Below, in pieces: positions 1 through 10,644 of a DNA stretch of 64,000 bases. Numbering within the stretch: position 1 is the first letter of the stretch; each line of letters opens with the position of its first letter. The notes beneath the pieces are model-generated. The model worked only from the letters and a program-made list of their open reading frames with translations, did no database searches and was not told the origin of the DNA. Both the position numbers and the translations under genes were made by a program. Source of the DNA: an uncultured Planctomycetota bacterium (GTDB taxonomy: Bacteria; Planctomycetota; Planctomycetia; Isosphaerales; Isosphaeraceae); NCBI GenBank assembly GCA_963845755.1, contig CAWJTV010000003.1, positions 32,001 through 96,000 of the forward strand, read 5' to 3'.

Positions 1-225
1 GCGGGCAACCTCGTGGTCTCCGACGGAGAGCGGCAGATGGAGGTGGACACGGGGAGTGCGTCGTTGCGGGGCCGGTTCCGCACGGAGTTCGACGATCGCT
101 TCGCGGCGGCGAAGCGGTTCCTGCTCACGCGCGAAGTGCCCGTGCTGCCGCTCCGCACCGACACCGATGTGGCCGATCAGATCCTGCACGCCCTCGGCGT
201 CCGCTCGGGAGCCGGCCATGCCTGA
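1..225 (+). CDS. DUF58-like protein, C-terminal part (truncated by window start)
   Basis: Frame open from base 1 to stop at 225 (..VSDGERQMEVDT..PVLPLRTD..); sits before DUF4381/VWA genes as in MoxR-Bat operons. Confidence 0.65.
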   Translation, partial: AGNLVVSDGERQMEVDTGSASLRGRFRTEFDDRFAAAKRFLLTREVPVLPLRTDTDVADQILHALGVRSGAGHA

Positions 226-697
226 CACCGATCCGGGCAGCCTTGACCGGCTGCACGACATCGCGGTCCCGCCGCCAGTTCCGTGGTGGCCGCCGGCCCC
301 GGGCTGGTACGTCGTCGGGGGAATCGCATTGGTTTTCCTCGGCCTGGTCGCGTGGGCCGCGGTCATTCGCTGGCGACGGGACCGCTACCGACGCGAGGCG
401 ATTCGAGCTCTCGACCGCATCCTGCGCGACTCGCGTGCATCCTCATCGATGTCCGCCATCGCCGAGCTGGTGAAGCGCATCGCGCTGGCGGCGTACCCGC
501 GCGACCGGGTCGCTTCGCTCAACGGCGACGCGTGGCTCGCGTTCCTCGACGCGACCGGAGGAACCGATGCCTTCACCCGCGGCGCCGGGCAGGTGTTGAG
601 GGATGTCGCCTATCGGAAGGACGCGACGTGTGAGCCTTCCGAACTTCTCAAGGTCATGGACGTCGTCCGGCACTGGATCACTCGCCACCGATGCTGA
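218..697 (+). CDS. DUF4381 family membrane protein
   Basis: ATG 218; LDRLHDIAVPPPVPWWPPAPGW motif, TM helix, AYPRDRVASLNGDAWLAFLD motif. Confidence 0.85.
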   Translation: MPDTDPGSLDRLHDIAVPPPVPWWPPAPGWYVVGGIALVFLGLVAWAAVIRWRRDRYRREAIRALDRILRDSRASSSMSAIAELVKRIALAAYPRDRVASLNGDAWLAFLDATGGTDAFTRGAGQVLRDVAYRKDATCEPSELLKVMDVVRHWITRHRC

Positions 698-1702
698 CAC
701 TGGCGTATCCCTGGTTGCTCGCGATCCTACCGATACCGCTGGTGATGCGGTGGCTTGCGCCGCCGTATCGAGAGCGGCGTGAAGGGCTGCGCAGTGCCGT
801 TCCTCCCTCGGCTCACGCGAGTCACCGGGCAGGAACCGACCGCCGGAGCGGTCGTGCTTCGCGGCGGCCGGGTGCGGTCGGTCGTGCTCGTCGCCGGCTG
901 GTCGTGCGTCGTCGCGGCGCTCGTCCGCCCGCAGTGGCTCGAGCCGCCGATCAATCGCACCGTCCCCGTCCGCGATCTGATGCTGGCGGTGGACCTGTCC
1001 GGCTCGATGGAGACGCAAGACTTCACCGATTCATCCGGCAGGACGGTGGACCGGCTGACCGCGGTGAAGCAGGTGCTCGGCGACTTCCTCGTCCGTCGGA
1101 AGGGCGATCGCGTGGGACTGATCGTGTTCGGGAACGCACCGTTCGTGCAGGCCCCGTTCACGCAAGACCTCGATGTGTGTCGCGAGTTGTTGTCCGAGAC
1201 GCGCGTCGGCATGGCGGGTCCGAAGACCGCGTTCGGCGATTCGATCGGACTGGCCATCACCGTATTCGACCGGAGCGACATGCCGGAGAAAGTGCTGATT
1301 GCCCTGACCGACGGCAATGACACCGGGAGCCAGGTCCCGCCGGAGAAGGCCGCCGCGGTCGCGAAGGACAAGGGCATTGTCATCCACACGGTCGCGGTCG
1401 GCGATCCCACGGCGGCGGGCGAGGACAAGCTCGACGAGGAAACGCTCCGGCGCGTCGCCTCGGTCACCGGCGGGACCTACTCACACGCCGGGAACCGTTC
1501 GGAGCTCGAGGCGATCTACGTGCGGCTGGACCAGCTCCCGACGCGCAAGGCGCGGACGACCACGCACCGGCCGCGACGCGACCTGTTCCACTGGCCGCTC
1601 GCCGTAGGGCTGGTGCTGAGCTTCCTGCCAACGGCGGTCGGGTTATTCGCGAACCGGATGCGGAATCCGGCGACCTCGCCGGCCCCCGCTCGAGCAGCGT
1701 GA
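691..1702 (+). CDS. batA: BatA-like VWA domain protein (frameshift near 790)
   Basis: MLTLAYPWLL start in one frame; MIDAS DLSGSM, GLIVFG and LTDG motifs in the 755..1702 frame. Confidence 0.85.
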
Positions 1703-1709
1703 GGTCATC

Positions 1710-2636
1710 ATGTCCGAATTCCACTTCCTTCGCGCGTGGTGGCTGCTGGCGATCATCCCCGCTGGGATCCTGGCATGGCGGTTGTGGGCGACCGAGGACG
1801 CGGCCCGTCCTTGGCGCAGGCTGGTCGCCCCGCATCTCCTCCCGCACCTGCTCACCGGTGGCGAGGAACGGCGTGGGTTTCGCCCCGTGACGGTGCTTCC
1901 CGTCGTCTGGGTGCTGGGCGCCGTCGCGCTGGCCGGGCCGACCTGGGAACGCGAGCCGGCGCCGTTCGCCGAGGATCAGGCCGTGCTCGCGATCGTCGTG
2001 AAGGTCACGCCGTCGATGCAATCGCAGGACGTCCAGCCGACACGGCTGGCCCGCGCGACCGAAAAGATCCACGACTTGCTCGCGGTACGACCCGGGGCGA
2101 AGACCGCCCTCTTCGCCTATGCCGGCAGTGCGCATCGCGTGATGCCGCTGACTTCCGACGCCGGGATCATCGACGCGTTCGCGGCGGAACTGGCCCCCGA
2201 CGTGATGCCGGTCGAGGGATCGCGTGCCGGCGACGCCCTGACCGCGGCCGACGAGACGGTGAAGAAGGCCGGACAAGCGGGGTGGGTGCTCTGGATCGCC
2301 GACGGCGCGTCGCCGGACGAGGTGCAGGCACTCCAGAAGTACCAGGGCGCGGGTCGTACGCCCGTGACCGTGCTCGCCGCGTCCGGTGAGGGGCCCGAGT
2401 TGGAATCCCTGAAGCAGGCGGCTTCGGTGCTCGACGCCCCGCTGGTGCGGCTGACGCCGGACGACGCGGACGTGCGGCAACTCGGCCGCAACACGCGGTT
2501 CTCGGCCGTATCGGAGCAAGCGGGCGGAGAGCGGTGGAAGGACTTCGGCTACTGGCTCGTCCCACCGCTCGCACTGGTGTCGCTCCTGTGGTTCCGCCGA
2601 GGTTGGATGATTCGATCCGCCGGAGGTGTTGCATGA
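1710..2636 (+). CDS. BatB-like VWA domain membrane protein
   Basis: FHFLRAWWLL start, ALAGPTW, degenerate MIDAS (VTPSMQSQDVQPTRL), AYAGSAHRVMPLT. Confidence 0.85.
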   Translation: MSEFHFLRAWWLLAIIPAGILAWRLWATEDAARPWRRLVAPHLLPHLLTGGEERRGFRPVTVLPVVWVLGAVALAGPTWEREPAPFAEDQAVLAIVVKVTPSMQSQDVQPTRLARATEKIHDLLAVRPGAKTALFAYAGSAHRVMPLTSDAGIIDAFAAELAPDVMPVEGSRAGDALTAADETVKKAGQAGWVLWIADGASPDEVQALQKYQGAGRTPVTVLAASGEGPELESLKQAASVLDAPLVRLTPDDADVRQLGRNTRFSAVSEQAGGERWKDFGYWLVPPLALVSLLWFRRGWMIRSAGGVA

Positions 2637-3265
2637 CGTCCCGCCGCCCGACGGTTCTGTTCGCGGCGTCCGTGCTGCTGGCCGGGGCCGCACTCGCGTT
2701 CGCTTCGAACCGAAACCCGAACTTCTGGTCGAAACCGGACCGACGGGGCGACCGGTTGCTCCGTGTTGGCCGGTTCGAGGATGCGGCGAAGGCATACAGC
2801 GACCCGTACCGCCGGGGTGTCGCCCTCTACCGCGCCGGCGAGTTCAAGGAAGCAGCCGCGGCGTTCGCCACGATCGGTACGCCGGAAGCCGCGTACGACC
2901 GCGGCAACAGTCTCGTGATGCTCGGCAAGTACGACGACGCGATCGCGAGCTACGACCGGGCGATGTCGCTCCGGGCGAACTGGCGCGAATGCGAGGAGAA
3001 CCGGGCGGTCGCCGTGGTGCGCCGGGACCGGTTGAAGTTTGGCGGCGGTGACGCGACCGGCGGGCAGGTGAAGGCCGACAAGATCGTTTTCGAGAAGGGC
3101 AAGAAATCGAACACGGGTCAGGAGACCGAAGTCGCCGGCAGCGACCCCCTGAACGACGAGCAGTTGCGCGGGCTCTGGCTGCGTCGCGTGCAGACGAAGC
3201 CCGCGGACTTCCTGCGCTCCAAGTTCGCGTTCCAGGCCCAGTCGATGGAGGCAAATTCACCATGA
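2633..3265 (+). CDS. TPR protein (BatC-like)
   Basis: ATGA overlap with upstream gene; TPR motifs GVALYRAGEFKEAA and GNSLVMLGKYDDAIASYDRA; WLRRVQTKPADFLRSKF tail. Confidence 0.85.
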   Translation: MTSRRPTVLFAASVLLAGAALAFASNRNPNFWSKPDRRGDRLLRVGRFEDAAKAYSDPYRRGVALYRAGEFKEAAAAFATIGTPEAAYDRGNSLVMLGKYDDAIASYDRAMSLRANWRECEENRAVAVVRRDRLKFGGGDATGGQVKADKIVFEKGKKSNTGQETEVAGSDPLNDEQLRGLWLRRVQTKPADFLRSKFAFQAQSMEANSP

Positions 3266-4551
3266 GACGCTTCGTCCTGCTGCTACTGCTCTCCACGGCT
3301 CCGGCCATGGCCGACGATCCGCCCGCGCGGGTCAAGGTGGAACTATCCCCGAAAGACGGGGCGTGGGTCGGGCAGCGAGTCACGCTCGCGATCACGCTCG
3401 ACACGCCGGACTTTTTCGCGGGCGTGCCGTCATTCGCCATCCCGACGATTCCGGGCACGGTCGTGCTACCGCCGGCGGGTTCCCCCGTCCTCGGCTCGGA
3501 GACGATTGGCGACACGACCTTCACCACGCAGCGGCATGAGTTCGCGATCTACGCGCAGCGGGCCGAAATCGTGCGAATCCCGGCGTTCGCCATCCGGTTC
3601 GAGTCGAACGCCGGATTCGGCAAGCCGATCATCAGGCGCCAGGTCACCACCGAAACGGTGTCGTTCACCGCGAAGACGCCTCCGGGCGCGGACGGACTGG
3701 GGACCGTCATCGCAGCGCGCAACCTCAAGGTGACCGACGCGTGGCAGCCGGAACCGAAGACCGCCAAGGTGGGCGATGCGTTCACGCGGACGCTGACCGT
3801 GACCGCGGACGACGTGCCGGGGATGGTGTTCCCATCGTTTCAGCTCGACGGGATCGAGGGTCTGGCGGCGTATCCGAAAGAACCGGCCGTCGAACGATCG
3901 CACGGAACGCGGCGCGCTGACCGGTCGTCGCGTCGAGACGATCACCTATGTCTGCGAAGCCGTGGGAACGGTGGCCGTCCCGGATCGCACGCTGACGTGG
4001 TACGACCTCGATGCCAACGAACTGGAGACAGCGAAGGTACCGGGGCGGAACTTCACAATCGGATCCGTGCCGAAACCCGATCCGACTCCCGATTCCGCCA
4101 CACCCGCGCCAGGCGCGCGTTTCGGCGCGTGGGGGACCGTCGCCGCGATCGGGGTCGTCCTCGCGGTTTGCGGATGGCTGGCCGTCCGGCTCCGGCCGCG
4201 GTTTGTGCGAGCCTACGAGAACTGGACCGAGTCCGAGCCGGCGTATTTCGCGAGACTCCGCCGCGCCTGCCACTCCGACGACCCGCACACGGCGTTTGTG
4301 GCCCTGTTGCGGTGGCTCGATCGGTTCGGACCGATGTCCCTCGACGAGTTCGCGCACGGACCGACGATCCGGAACTGACCGGCACGATCGCGGCGCTTGC
4401 CGATCGCGTGTATGGTCAACCCGACGTCCACTCTGGGGCGTGGTCGGGAGGTCAACTGTTCGCCCGAATCGCGCTCGCCCGTCGCAGGCTGCGATCCTCG
4501 ACGACTCGGCCGGGGGCGCACTCCCTTCCGCCGCTGAACCCGGTCGGGTGA
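3262..4551 (+). CDS. batD: BatD family protein (compensating frameshifts near 3900 and 4360)
   Basis: Signal peptide, WVGQRVTL, KVGDAFTRTLTV; TM segment in the 3962 frame; LPPLNP C-terminus. Confidence 0.8.
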   Translation: MRRFVLLLLLSTAPAMADDPPARVKVELSPKDGAWVGQRVTLAITLDTPDFFAGVPSFAIPTIPGTVVLPPAGSPVLGSETIGDTTFTTQRHEFAIYAQRAEIVRIPAFAIRFESNAGFGKPIIRRQVTTETVSFTAKTPPGADGLGTVIAARNLKVTDAWQPEPKTAKVGDAFTRTLTVTADDVPGMVFPSFQLDGIEGLAAYPKEPAVERSHGTRRADRSSRRDDHLCLRSRGNGGRPGSHADVVRPRCQRTGDSEGTGAELHNRIRAETRSDSRFRHTRARRAFRRVGDRRRDRGRPRGLRMAGRPAPAAVCASLRELDRVRAGVFRETPPRLPLRRPAHGVCGPVAVARSVRTDVPRRVRARTDDPELTGTIAALADRVYGQPDVHSGAWSGGQLFARIALARRRLRSSTTRPGAHSLPPLNPVG

Positions 4552-4687
4552 CGGCTCGCGTGACGCGTCGGCATATTGGCGTCATGCCTAGCTCAAGGCT
4601 CTGGAAACCGTGACCCGCGGGGTGAGATGGCCCCCGAAAACTGGACCACTCGGGATGTTAAACTGATCGAAGTTCCCTGCTCCATCC

Positions 4688-4858
4688 TGGGGGAGCGTCA
4701 AATACGAAGACATTTATATCAATGACTATGAAACGGTGCCGGAGCTGGAGTCGGGCTTGGCGGCCTACTTCCGGTTCTACGATGAAGAGCGTCCCCATCA
4801 GTCCCTGGGTTATCGGACTCCAGCCGAGTTCTATCGGGCTGCGGCTTGCACAGGCTGA
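4688..4858 (+). pseudogene. IS3-family transposase OrfB C-terminal remnant
   Basis: WGSVKYEDIYINDYETVPELESGLAAYFRFYDEERPHQSLGYRTPAEFY, a typical IS3 integrase-core tail; the rest is missing. Confidence 0.85.
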
Positions 4859-5193
4859 GGGGGCGACATCCCGGGGCTTTTCCCGACCGGCCGAGGGTTC
4901 TCGTCCTCCGGCTTGAGCATCCTGAGCGTGGGCGCTCGGGGAGGCATCGTGGCGGGCAATCCAACAGGGCCCATCCTTCCCAAGAATAACGCCTGGGAGT
5001 ATGACTTCGCGGTAAGGCGACGTCGGTTTCATCGGCTCCCCGGCCGAGAATACGCCTCGGAAGAGCGATCCGCAGCCCCAGCAATAGGGCCGGGATCTTG
5101 TTACAATGGCAGGCACGCATCGCTGCTTCTCTTCTCGGAATCCTCTTGCGGCTTTGCCAGGATGGTTCACCGAGCACAACTCGCTGGGAGCTG

Positions 5194-8100
5194 ATGATCA
5201 TGTCGCCTCCGATCGCCCCGTCGCGCGACCTGCTTTTCGGATTGCTCGCCCTCCAGAATGGTTTGATCAACCAGGTCCAGCTCGTGGCCGCCTTCCAGGC
5301 CTGGACGCTCGACAAGGCCCGCGCCCTGGCCGACCATCTCATCGCCCTCGGTCATCTTAACGGTGCGCAGAAGGCCGTCGTCGAAGCGATGGCGGACCTG
5401 CACGTCGCCAAGCACGGCGATGTCGAGCAGAGCCTGGCGGCCGTCTCGGCCGGCCGTTCCACTCAGGAGAGCCTGGCTCGACTCGGCGATCCCGACATCG
5501 AGGGCACACTGGGTCATATCCGATCCCGATCGACCCAGCAGAATGGCGAGGCCGACGCCGACCGCACCGCCACGTACTCGGTGGGCTCGGCCACCAGCGA
5601 CGGCATGCGGTTCCGAGTTCTCCGCCTGCATGCGCGGGGCGGACTGGGCGCGGTCTTCGTGGCGCTGGACCAGGAACTCCATCGCGAGGTGGCGCTGAAG
5701 CAGATCCTGGACCAGCACGCCGACGACCCGACGAGCCGGCAGCGGTTCCTCCTCGAAGCCGAGGTCACCGGCTGCCTCGAGCATCCCGGCATCGTCCCGG
5801 TCTATGGCCTGGGCACCCACGCCGACGGACGGCCCTATTACGCCATGCGATTCATTCGCGGCGACTCGCTCAAGGAGGCGATCGAGCAATTCCACGCCGA
5901 TAAGGGACTCGAGAAAGACTCGGGCCGGCGCTCGCTGGAGCTCCGCAACCTCCTGAAACGGTTCACCGACGTCTGCAACGCGATCGAGTACGCCCATAGC
6001 CGGGGCGTGCTGCACCGCGACATCAAGCCGGGCAACATCATCGTCGGCAAGCACGGCGAGACGCTGGTGGTCAACTGGGGCCTCGCCAAGGCCCAGGGAC
6101 GAATCGAGCCGGGATTGGACTCGGGCGAGCGGACGCTCGTCCCCTCATCGGCCAGCGGCTCAGCCTCGACACTCCCCGGCTCGGCACTGGGGACGCCGGC
6201 CTACATGAGCCCGGAACAAGCGGAGGGCGACCTGGAGCGCCTCGGGCCGCGCAGCGACGTCTACAGCCTGGGCGCGACCCTTTACTGCCTCCTGGTCGGC
6301 AAGCCGCCCTTCGCGGGGGACCTGGCCGAGGTGATCCGCGGCGTGCAGAAGGGGGTATTCCCGCCGCCCCGCCAGATCGACCCCTCCATCGACCCGGCGC
6401 TGGAGGCGGTCTGCCTCAAGGCCATGGCCCTGAAGCCGGCCGATCGTTACGCCTCACCCCGGGCGCTGACCGATGATGTGGAGCGGTGTATGGCCGATGA
6501 GCCGGTGACTGCCTGGCGCGAACCGCTCGTGCGGCGGGCGCGGCGATGGGCACGGCAACGCCGGACGGGGGTCACGGCGGCAGCCATTGCGGTCCTGGTG
6601 GCCCTCATGGGGACAGCCGCCGTCCTGGCTGTTCAGACCCGGGCGAACCGCGAGTTGAAGCGAGCCAACACGGACCTCGCCGTCGCCAACGTCAAGGTGA
6701 CCCGGGCCAACGCCGATCTGGCCGCCTCCAACCAGCGCGAGAGCGCCCGCTTCGCGCTGGCACAGGAGGCGATTCGGACGTTTCACTCCGGCGTCAGCGA
6801 AGACATCTTACTGAAGCAAGAGGAGTTCAAGGCGCTGCGGACGAGGCTCTTGCACGGGGCCCGCGAGTTCTACCGCAAACTGGAGGATCTGTTGCAGGGT
6901 TCGGCCGATCGCGACTCCCGCCTGGCCCTGGGCCGAGCCTATTATGAGGTCGGAAAACTTTCGAAGCAGCTCGACTCGATCGAGGAGGCCCAGGAGATTC
7001 TCCGTCGCGCTCAGGTCCTGTTCGAAGCCCTTTCCCGCGAGGACCCGGCTGATCCGGAACCGCGGCACGCGTTGGCGCGGGTCCTGTATTCTCTCGCTCC
7101 CAGCCTGAGCAGCGTTGGGCGGCAAAAGGAAGCCTTTGCGGCAACGGAACGGTCGAGGCAGCTACTCCGGGCGCTGTCTGAGGCTCAACCGGCCGACCGC
7201 CAGCTCCGGGCTGAATATACAGGTTGCGAGATGCTTTATGCGACGTTACTCCAGCATGTCGAACATCGCGACTCCGAGGCGCTGGAAGCGATCCGGCGGG
7301 CCCGGTCGACCCTCGAGACCTCGGTTCCGGTCGATCCGGCGGCCCACGAGTTCGCCGCTCAACTCCTGGATGTGTACGGCGTCCAGGCCGAGATCCTGAA
7401 TCAGACCGGTCGGCGGGACGAGGCGATCACGTCCTGGCAGAAGGCCCGCGACATCGGCGAGGCGCTGTTCCGAGCGAAACCCGAGGACGCCACGACCAGT
7501 CATGATCTAGTCAGGACCCTTGGCAACATGGGGGTCGTCCTGCGCGACCGTCCCGTCGAGGCGCTGGCGGCCTTCGACCGAGCCCGGGTTGTGCTCAAGG
7601 CGGCGGGAGCCCTCAACCCGACCCTCATCCTCTTCGCCGCCGACTCGGCCTGGATCGAGGCCGCGGCCGCCGAAGTCCTCGTCTCGCTTGGCCGGGAGGA
7701 GGAGGCCCTCGCGGCGCTCGAGCGGGCGCGGGAGGCCCGCGAGGTCCTGATCACGGCGAACCCCTCCGTCACGCGAAACCGCGAGATGTTGGCCCGGGTC
7801 CTCCGCCAGACCGCTGACATCCATCGCCGAGCGGGGCGGTTGCCCGGGGCGCTGGCTGCGCTCGAGAGGGCGGCACAGGTCAGTGCGGGCCTGGCTAATG
7901 ACCATCCACAGAACCGCGATTACCAGGTCCACCTCGCCTGGAACTATTTCGCCCTCGGCAACCATTGCGGCGAGATGGGCAAGTCCTCGGAGGCGTCGTC
8001 TTATTTCGACAAGGCGATCGCGATCCGCCGCAACATGATCGCGGCCGACCCGTCGACACCCTCGCATCGAACCGAGCTGGCATCCATGTTCCGCTACCGC

Positions 8101-8481
8101 GCGATCGTGATGCAGAAATGCGGCCGGCCCGCCGACGCGGTACGGGACTTCCGCCAATCGATCGCCATGTATCAGGAGCTGACGGACCCGACTCCAGGGA
8201 ATCGTTACGATCTCGCGTGCCTCCAATCCTTACTCGCCGGCGTCGCCGCCGAAGCCGGCTCCGGCCTGACGCCTGATGAGGGCCGAGCCGCCGCCGAGCA
8301 GGCGATGACCACCCTACACCAGGCTTTCGACGCCGGCTGGAACAATCCGGCCTGGATGCGAATCGACACCGACCTCGACCCGATCCGGTCGCGACCCGAC
8401 TTCCAGCTCCTGTTGATGAAGATGATGGACAGGCACTTTCCAGCCGAGCCATTCTCGAAGGACACATCCGCCGACCGCTGA
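5194..8481 (+). CDS. Hanks-type Ser/Thr protein kinase with hydrophobic segment, coiled coil and TPR repeats
   Basis: ARGGLGAV, VALK, HRDIKPGN, NWGLAK (DFG position), GTPAYMSPEQ, SDVYSLG; C-terminal TPRs and DTDLDPIRSRPDF tail. Confidence 0.95.
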   Translation: MIMSPPIAPSRDLLFGLLALQNGLINQVQLVAAFQAWTLDKARALADHLIALGHLNGAQKAVVEAMADLHVAKHGDVEQSLAAVSAGRSTQESLARLGDPDIEGTLGHIRSRSTQQNGEADADRTATYSVGSATSDGMRFRVLRLHARGGLGAVFVALDQELHREVALKQILDQHADDPTSRQRFLLEAEVTGCLEHPGIVPVYGLGTHADGRPYYAMRFIRGDSLKEAIEQFHADKGLEKDSGRRSLELRNLLKRFTDVCNAIEYAHSRGVLHRDIKPGNIIVGKHGETLVVNWGLAKAQGRIEPGLDSGERTLVPSSASGSASTLPGSALGTPAYMSPEQAEGDLERLGPRSDVYSLGATLYCLLVGKPPFAGDLAEVIRGVQKGVFPPPRQIDPSIDPALEAVCLKAMALKPADRYASPRALTDDVERCMADEPVTAWREPLVRRARRWARQRRTGVTAAAIAVLVALMGTAAVLAVQTRANRELKRANTDLAVANVKVTRANADLAASNQRESARFALAQEAIRTFHSGVSEDILLKQEEFKALRTRLLHGAREFYRKLEDLLQGSADRDSRLALGRAYYEVGKLSKQLDSIEEAQEILRRAQVLFEALSREDPADPEPRHALARVLYSLAPSLSSVGRQKEAFAATERSRQLLRALSEAQPADRQLRAEYTGCEMLYATLLQHVEHRDSEALEAIRRARSTLETSVPVDPAAHEFAAQLLDVYGVQAEILNQTGRRDEAITSWQKARDIGEALFRAKPEDATTSHDLVRTLGNMGVVLRDRPVEALAAFDRARVVLKAAGALNPTLILFAADSAWIEAAAAEVLVSLGREEEALAALERAREAREVLITANPSVTRNREMLARVLRQTADIHRRAGRLPGALAALERAAQVSAGLANDHPQNRDYQVHLAWNYFALGNHCGEMGKSSEASSYFDKAIAIRRNMIAADPSTPSHRTELASMFRYRAIVMQKCGRPADAVRDFRQSIAMYQELTDPTPGNRYDLACLQSLLAGVAAEAGSGLTPDEGRAAAEQAMTTLHQAFDAGWNNPAWMRIDTDLDPIRSRPDFQLLLMKMMDRHFPAEPFSKDTSADR

Positions 8482-8841
8482 TGGCGTTCCGCCCTGCGGC
8501 CCGCTCGCGCCAATGACAATCCGATGGCCTTTATTCTCGGTTTCGGACCGTGTGGACAGGGTCCATCGAAGAATGTTCCCGGTGCGTCTTCTGCCAGCGA
8601 ACTCGAATGCGCGCTCATCGACTCCATGAAGGACTCCTGAAGCCGATGACCGATTTGGTCGGTAATCGGTGCCCTACCATCGGTTGAAATGGGCAAGGGC
8701 GTTAACAAATACCCCTCGGTCGAGTGGTCCAGTATTTGGGGTCCACTTCAGGGAACCGTCTGGAACCGAGCGTATCGTTGCGTGAGAATGGTCGTAGGAA
8801 CCGCCTCCCTTTTCCACTGCGAGAGGGACATTCTCCTTGAG

Positions 8842-9083
8842 TATCGCCCGGTCGAACGTCTCTTGTCCGGGGCGTGATCCAGCGGCCTTCTCCATCTCCC
8901 ATCGAGAGGCGCCTCCTTGAGCCCGACCATCCTGAGCGATCCCGACCGAGCCGATGAGTCCGCTCTTCTCGGGGAGCCCCCCCCTGCCCGGCTAGGCTGG
9001 CTGGTCGTCGTGATGCTGACTGCCACGTTGACGGCCGTGTCCACCTATCAATCGTTGCGCGCTATGAAGAGCTGCGTAGCTGA
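8842..9083 (+). repeat. Truncated duplicate of the upstream region and 5' end of the DUF2079 gene (left copy)
   Basis: Homologous to 10570-10812; both encode RLGWLVVVMLTATLTAVSTYQSLR; 32-bp identical core TTGACGGCCGTGTCCACCTATCAATCGTTGCG; ends at TGA. Confidence 0.9.
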
Positions 9084-9195
9084 ATCGCCTGGACAGACGC
9101 CCCTGTGTTGTATTCCGGCCGCCGCCCCTTATAATTTCAGAGGCGTTTTGGGACTTTTTCTGCAAATCCCGCGACTTGTTGGGGGGGGTAACGTC

Positions 9196-10461
9196 GTGTT
9201 GGTCAACTTCGAGGTTGAGAACTTCCGCTCCTACCGCGAAGCCAAGCGGTTCAGCATGGTCGCTTCCTCGGCCAAGGAACTTCCTCAGAACCTGATCGAC
9301 ACCGATCTGGGTTTGAAGCTCGTCCGCTCGGCCGTGCTTTATGGGCCGAATGCATCGGGTAAGAGCAACTTGCTTCGAGCCATGGACTACGTGGTGAGAT
9401 TGTTGGAATTCCCAGTCAATGAGGAAGCGCCGTCGGGAGGCACTCGGCCGCAGTTTGCTCTCGACCGGATATCGGTGAAGAAACCAAGTCGATTCCGAGT
9501 ACAGTTCTTGACCGAAGGCGTCCTGTACGACTATTCGATCTCCGTCCGTCCGCAGGCTATCGTGGAGGAGCGTCTCGTTGCGTACCCGCGGGGCCGGCCG
9601 CAGGAGTGGTTCCACAGAAGAGGAGAGGAGTATGAATTCAACGCCACTCATTTGAAGGGACCGAAAAAAAAGCTTCTGAGCGACATCCGTCCGAAGGTCT
9701 CCTTGTTGGCCGCCTACGCAGCCAACGGGCACGATCAACTCTCGCCCCCTTATCGCTGGCTGCGCGCAACCTACAAGACCGTCTTGCCGATCCTCAATGG
9801 GGCTTCAATCCGACGGACCTTGCGGCGCGGCTCTGGCACGAGCTCGGCACTTTGCGCTCCTGGGGGGCTGCCTTCTTGCGCCATGCGGATCTGGGAATTC
9901 AACAACTCGAGTTCGACGTGACGAACGATGATTCGAGAATTCCCATCTCCCAGCGTCGTTTGGACAGGCCGTTGGAGAAACATCGACCCTATTTCGTCCA
10001 CTCCGGAGAGCAAGGCCTCAGCGCACGGTTCGCGTACGGGGACGAGTCTCACGGGACCCAACGGTTGTTCGACATGTTGGTGCCATTGTACGTAGTCCTG
10101 CAAGATGGGGAATTGGCCGTTCTTGACGAGTTGAGTGCCAGTCTTCACCCGTCCCTCGTGAGGGAGATCATCCGCTACTTCCACGACCCGAAGCGCAACC
10201 CCAAGGGAGGCGCAGTTGGTATTCGCCACACACGACTCGTCGTTGTTGAGTGGAAGACTTTTCCGGCGGGACCAGGTCTGGTTCACGGAGAAGAATCAGC
10301 GTGGGGCCACGGACCTCTATTCTTTGCAGGATATCAAGGGGGTCCGCGAGGACGAACCGTTTGAAAAGAGCTATCTGCGAGGCCGCTATGGCGCGATCCC
10401 ATTCTTCGGCCAGCTCGACTTCCCGCCGATCACCGAAGAACCCGCAGAAGCGGACACGTAA
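9196..10461 (+). CDS. RloA/AbiEii-like (AAA_21) ATPase, frameshifted near 9800 and 10210
   Basis: FEVENFRSY start, Walker A YGPNASGKSN, ESHGTQRLF signature, Walker B VLDELSASLHP, FATHD, RRDQVWFTEK, YLRGRYGAIP. Confidence 0.9.
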
Positions 10462-10644
10462 GACATTCGACTCGTCCGCACAGCGATCCGACATGCCATG
10501 CGGGTCTTCGCTGAACGGTGTGCGAATCTGAGCATCCACCCCTGCGATTGTCACCCGTGCACGGAGGTCTATCGGCTGGTCGAGAGTCTCTTGTCCCAAG
10601 CGTGATCCGGCCATCAACGTGGTCTCCCATCGAGAGGCGCCCCC

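Larger units (their letters stand above)
4623..8750 (+). mobile_element. Non-autonomous IS3-derived element carrying a kinase passenger gene
   Basis: IRL 4623-4652 TGAGATGGCCCCCGAAAACTGGACCACTCG vs reverse complement of 8721-8750 TGAAGTGGACCCCAAATACTGGACCACTCG (25/30); TG..CA ends; GGG on both flanks. Confidence 0.8.

Noticed and set aside
5194..8481. Pseudokinase, because DFG reads NWG
   Set aside because: The change falls in the recurrent GTCGAC->GTCAAC pattern and all other catalytic motifs are intact; probably DWG.
8917..9921. TM-ATPase fusion protein as given in the ORF track
   Set aside because: The N-terminus is the duplicated DUF2079 fragment joined by a 1-bp shift; the ATPase most likely starts at GTG 9196.
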